DNA of 64,000 nucleotides from Rickettsia sp. (GTDB lineage Bacteria; Pseudomonadota; Alphaproteobacteria; Rickettsiales; UBA1997): NCBI GenBank assembly GCA_038131245.1, contig JAYPPA010000004.1, positions 14,038 to 78,037 of the forward strand, read 5' to 3'. Shown piece by piece: positions 63,724 to 64,000 of this stretch (position 1 is its first letter; each line of letters starts with the position of its first letter). The notes under the pieces were generated by a model. It saw only the letters and a program-made list of their open reading frames with translations, ran no database searches and was not told where the DNA came from. The position numbers and the translations under genes were made by a program.

Positions 63724-64000
63724 TTATTGCAGCTGTAGCAAAATTTTTTCAGCAGTTTTTTTACTGATGCCGGGAACCTTTATCAGGTCAGTGATTGAGG
63801 CTTGTTTGATTTTTTCTAAAGAACCGAAATGATTGAGTAATAATTTCTTTCTTTTGGCCCCGATGTCTTCTAAGTCATCTAATTTTGATTTTGTGATTGT
63901 TTTTGCTCTTTTTGCGCGATGAGTCGTAATAGCAAACCGATGAGCCTCATCCCTTAGGCGCTGTAGAAAAAAAGCTAAGGCTGAATTTTTAGTGACAAAA
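63724..64000 (-). CDS. uvrC: excinuclease ABC subunit C, C-terminal fragment (runs off window)
   Basis: Not in the ORF track (no start in the window). Minus strand reads ...[74 protein letters not shown], i.e. the UvrC endonuclease end plus the (HhH)2 domain. Confidence 0.85.
   Translation of the reverse strand, partial: FVTKNSALAFFLQRLRDEAHRFAITTHRAKRAKTITKSKLDDLEDIGAKRKKLLLNHFGSLEKIKQASITDLIKVPGISKKTAEKILLQLQ

Overview
AT-rich bacterial chromosomal window with about 50 protein genes, 2 tRNAs and no rRNA, CRISPR, transposase or integrase. Protein signatures (LpdA, DnaK, a split PntAB subunit, rpmH-rnpA) suggest an alphaproteobacterium with a host-associated or intracellular lifestyle; that is inference only. 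Housekeeping genes: lpdA, panB, nagZ, pheS, rpmH, rnpA, dprA, folP, dnaK, rlmE, guaA, gpsA, dusB and a partial uvrC. Five accessory modules stand out. (1) A translationally coupled 6-gene operon (5855-13227): sensor kinase, a CheY-like receiver, an Hpt-REC-REC protein, a TPR/beta-barrel outer-membrane protein, a membrane-anchored HEAT-repeat protein and a processive family-2 glycosyltransferase. This looks like a phosphorelay-controlled, synthase-dependent exopolysaccharide system of non-canonical composition. (2) An 8-gene sulfate-assimilation/cysteine operon (cysG-H-J-I-D-N-K-E, 30627-39726). A perfect sigma70 promoter and a 17-codon leader ORF with four consecutive Cys codons (MSSSQSMSLLTSCCCCL) precede it. 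(3) A TolC/HlyD/ABC tripartite exporter (24276-28365) whose ABC nucleotide-binding motifs all look degenerate. (4) Eukaryote-like, more GC-rich candidate effector genes: a 985-aa protein with an N-terminal Ulp1/CE-clan-like His-Asp-Gln-Cys pattern, a 779-aa coiled-coil protein, and two tandem paralogues (58795-63632). The paralogues have a mucin-like Pro/Thr/Ser region, one TM helix, and acidic tails full of EPIYA-like, YEEI, NPxF and poly-Pro motifs. (5) A small tRNA-Gln-adjacent islet with HNH and GIY-YIG/DUF4357 nucleases. Intergenic DNA carries several palindromic/MITE-like repeat families, one of which flanks dnaK in inverted orientation. Many intergenic regions have near-perfect TTGACA-N17-TATAAT promoters, and an orphan promoter-to-hairpin unit upstream of tRNA-Arg is an sRNA candidate. 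All calls come from reading the sequence and translations by eye; no searches or folding were run.
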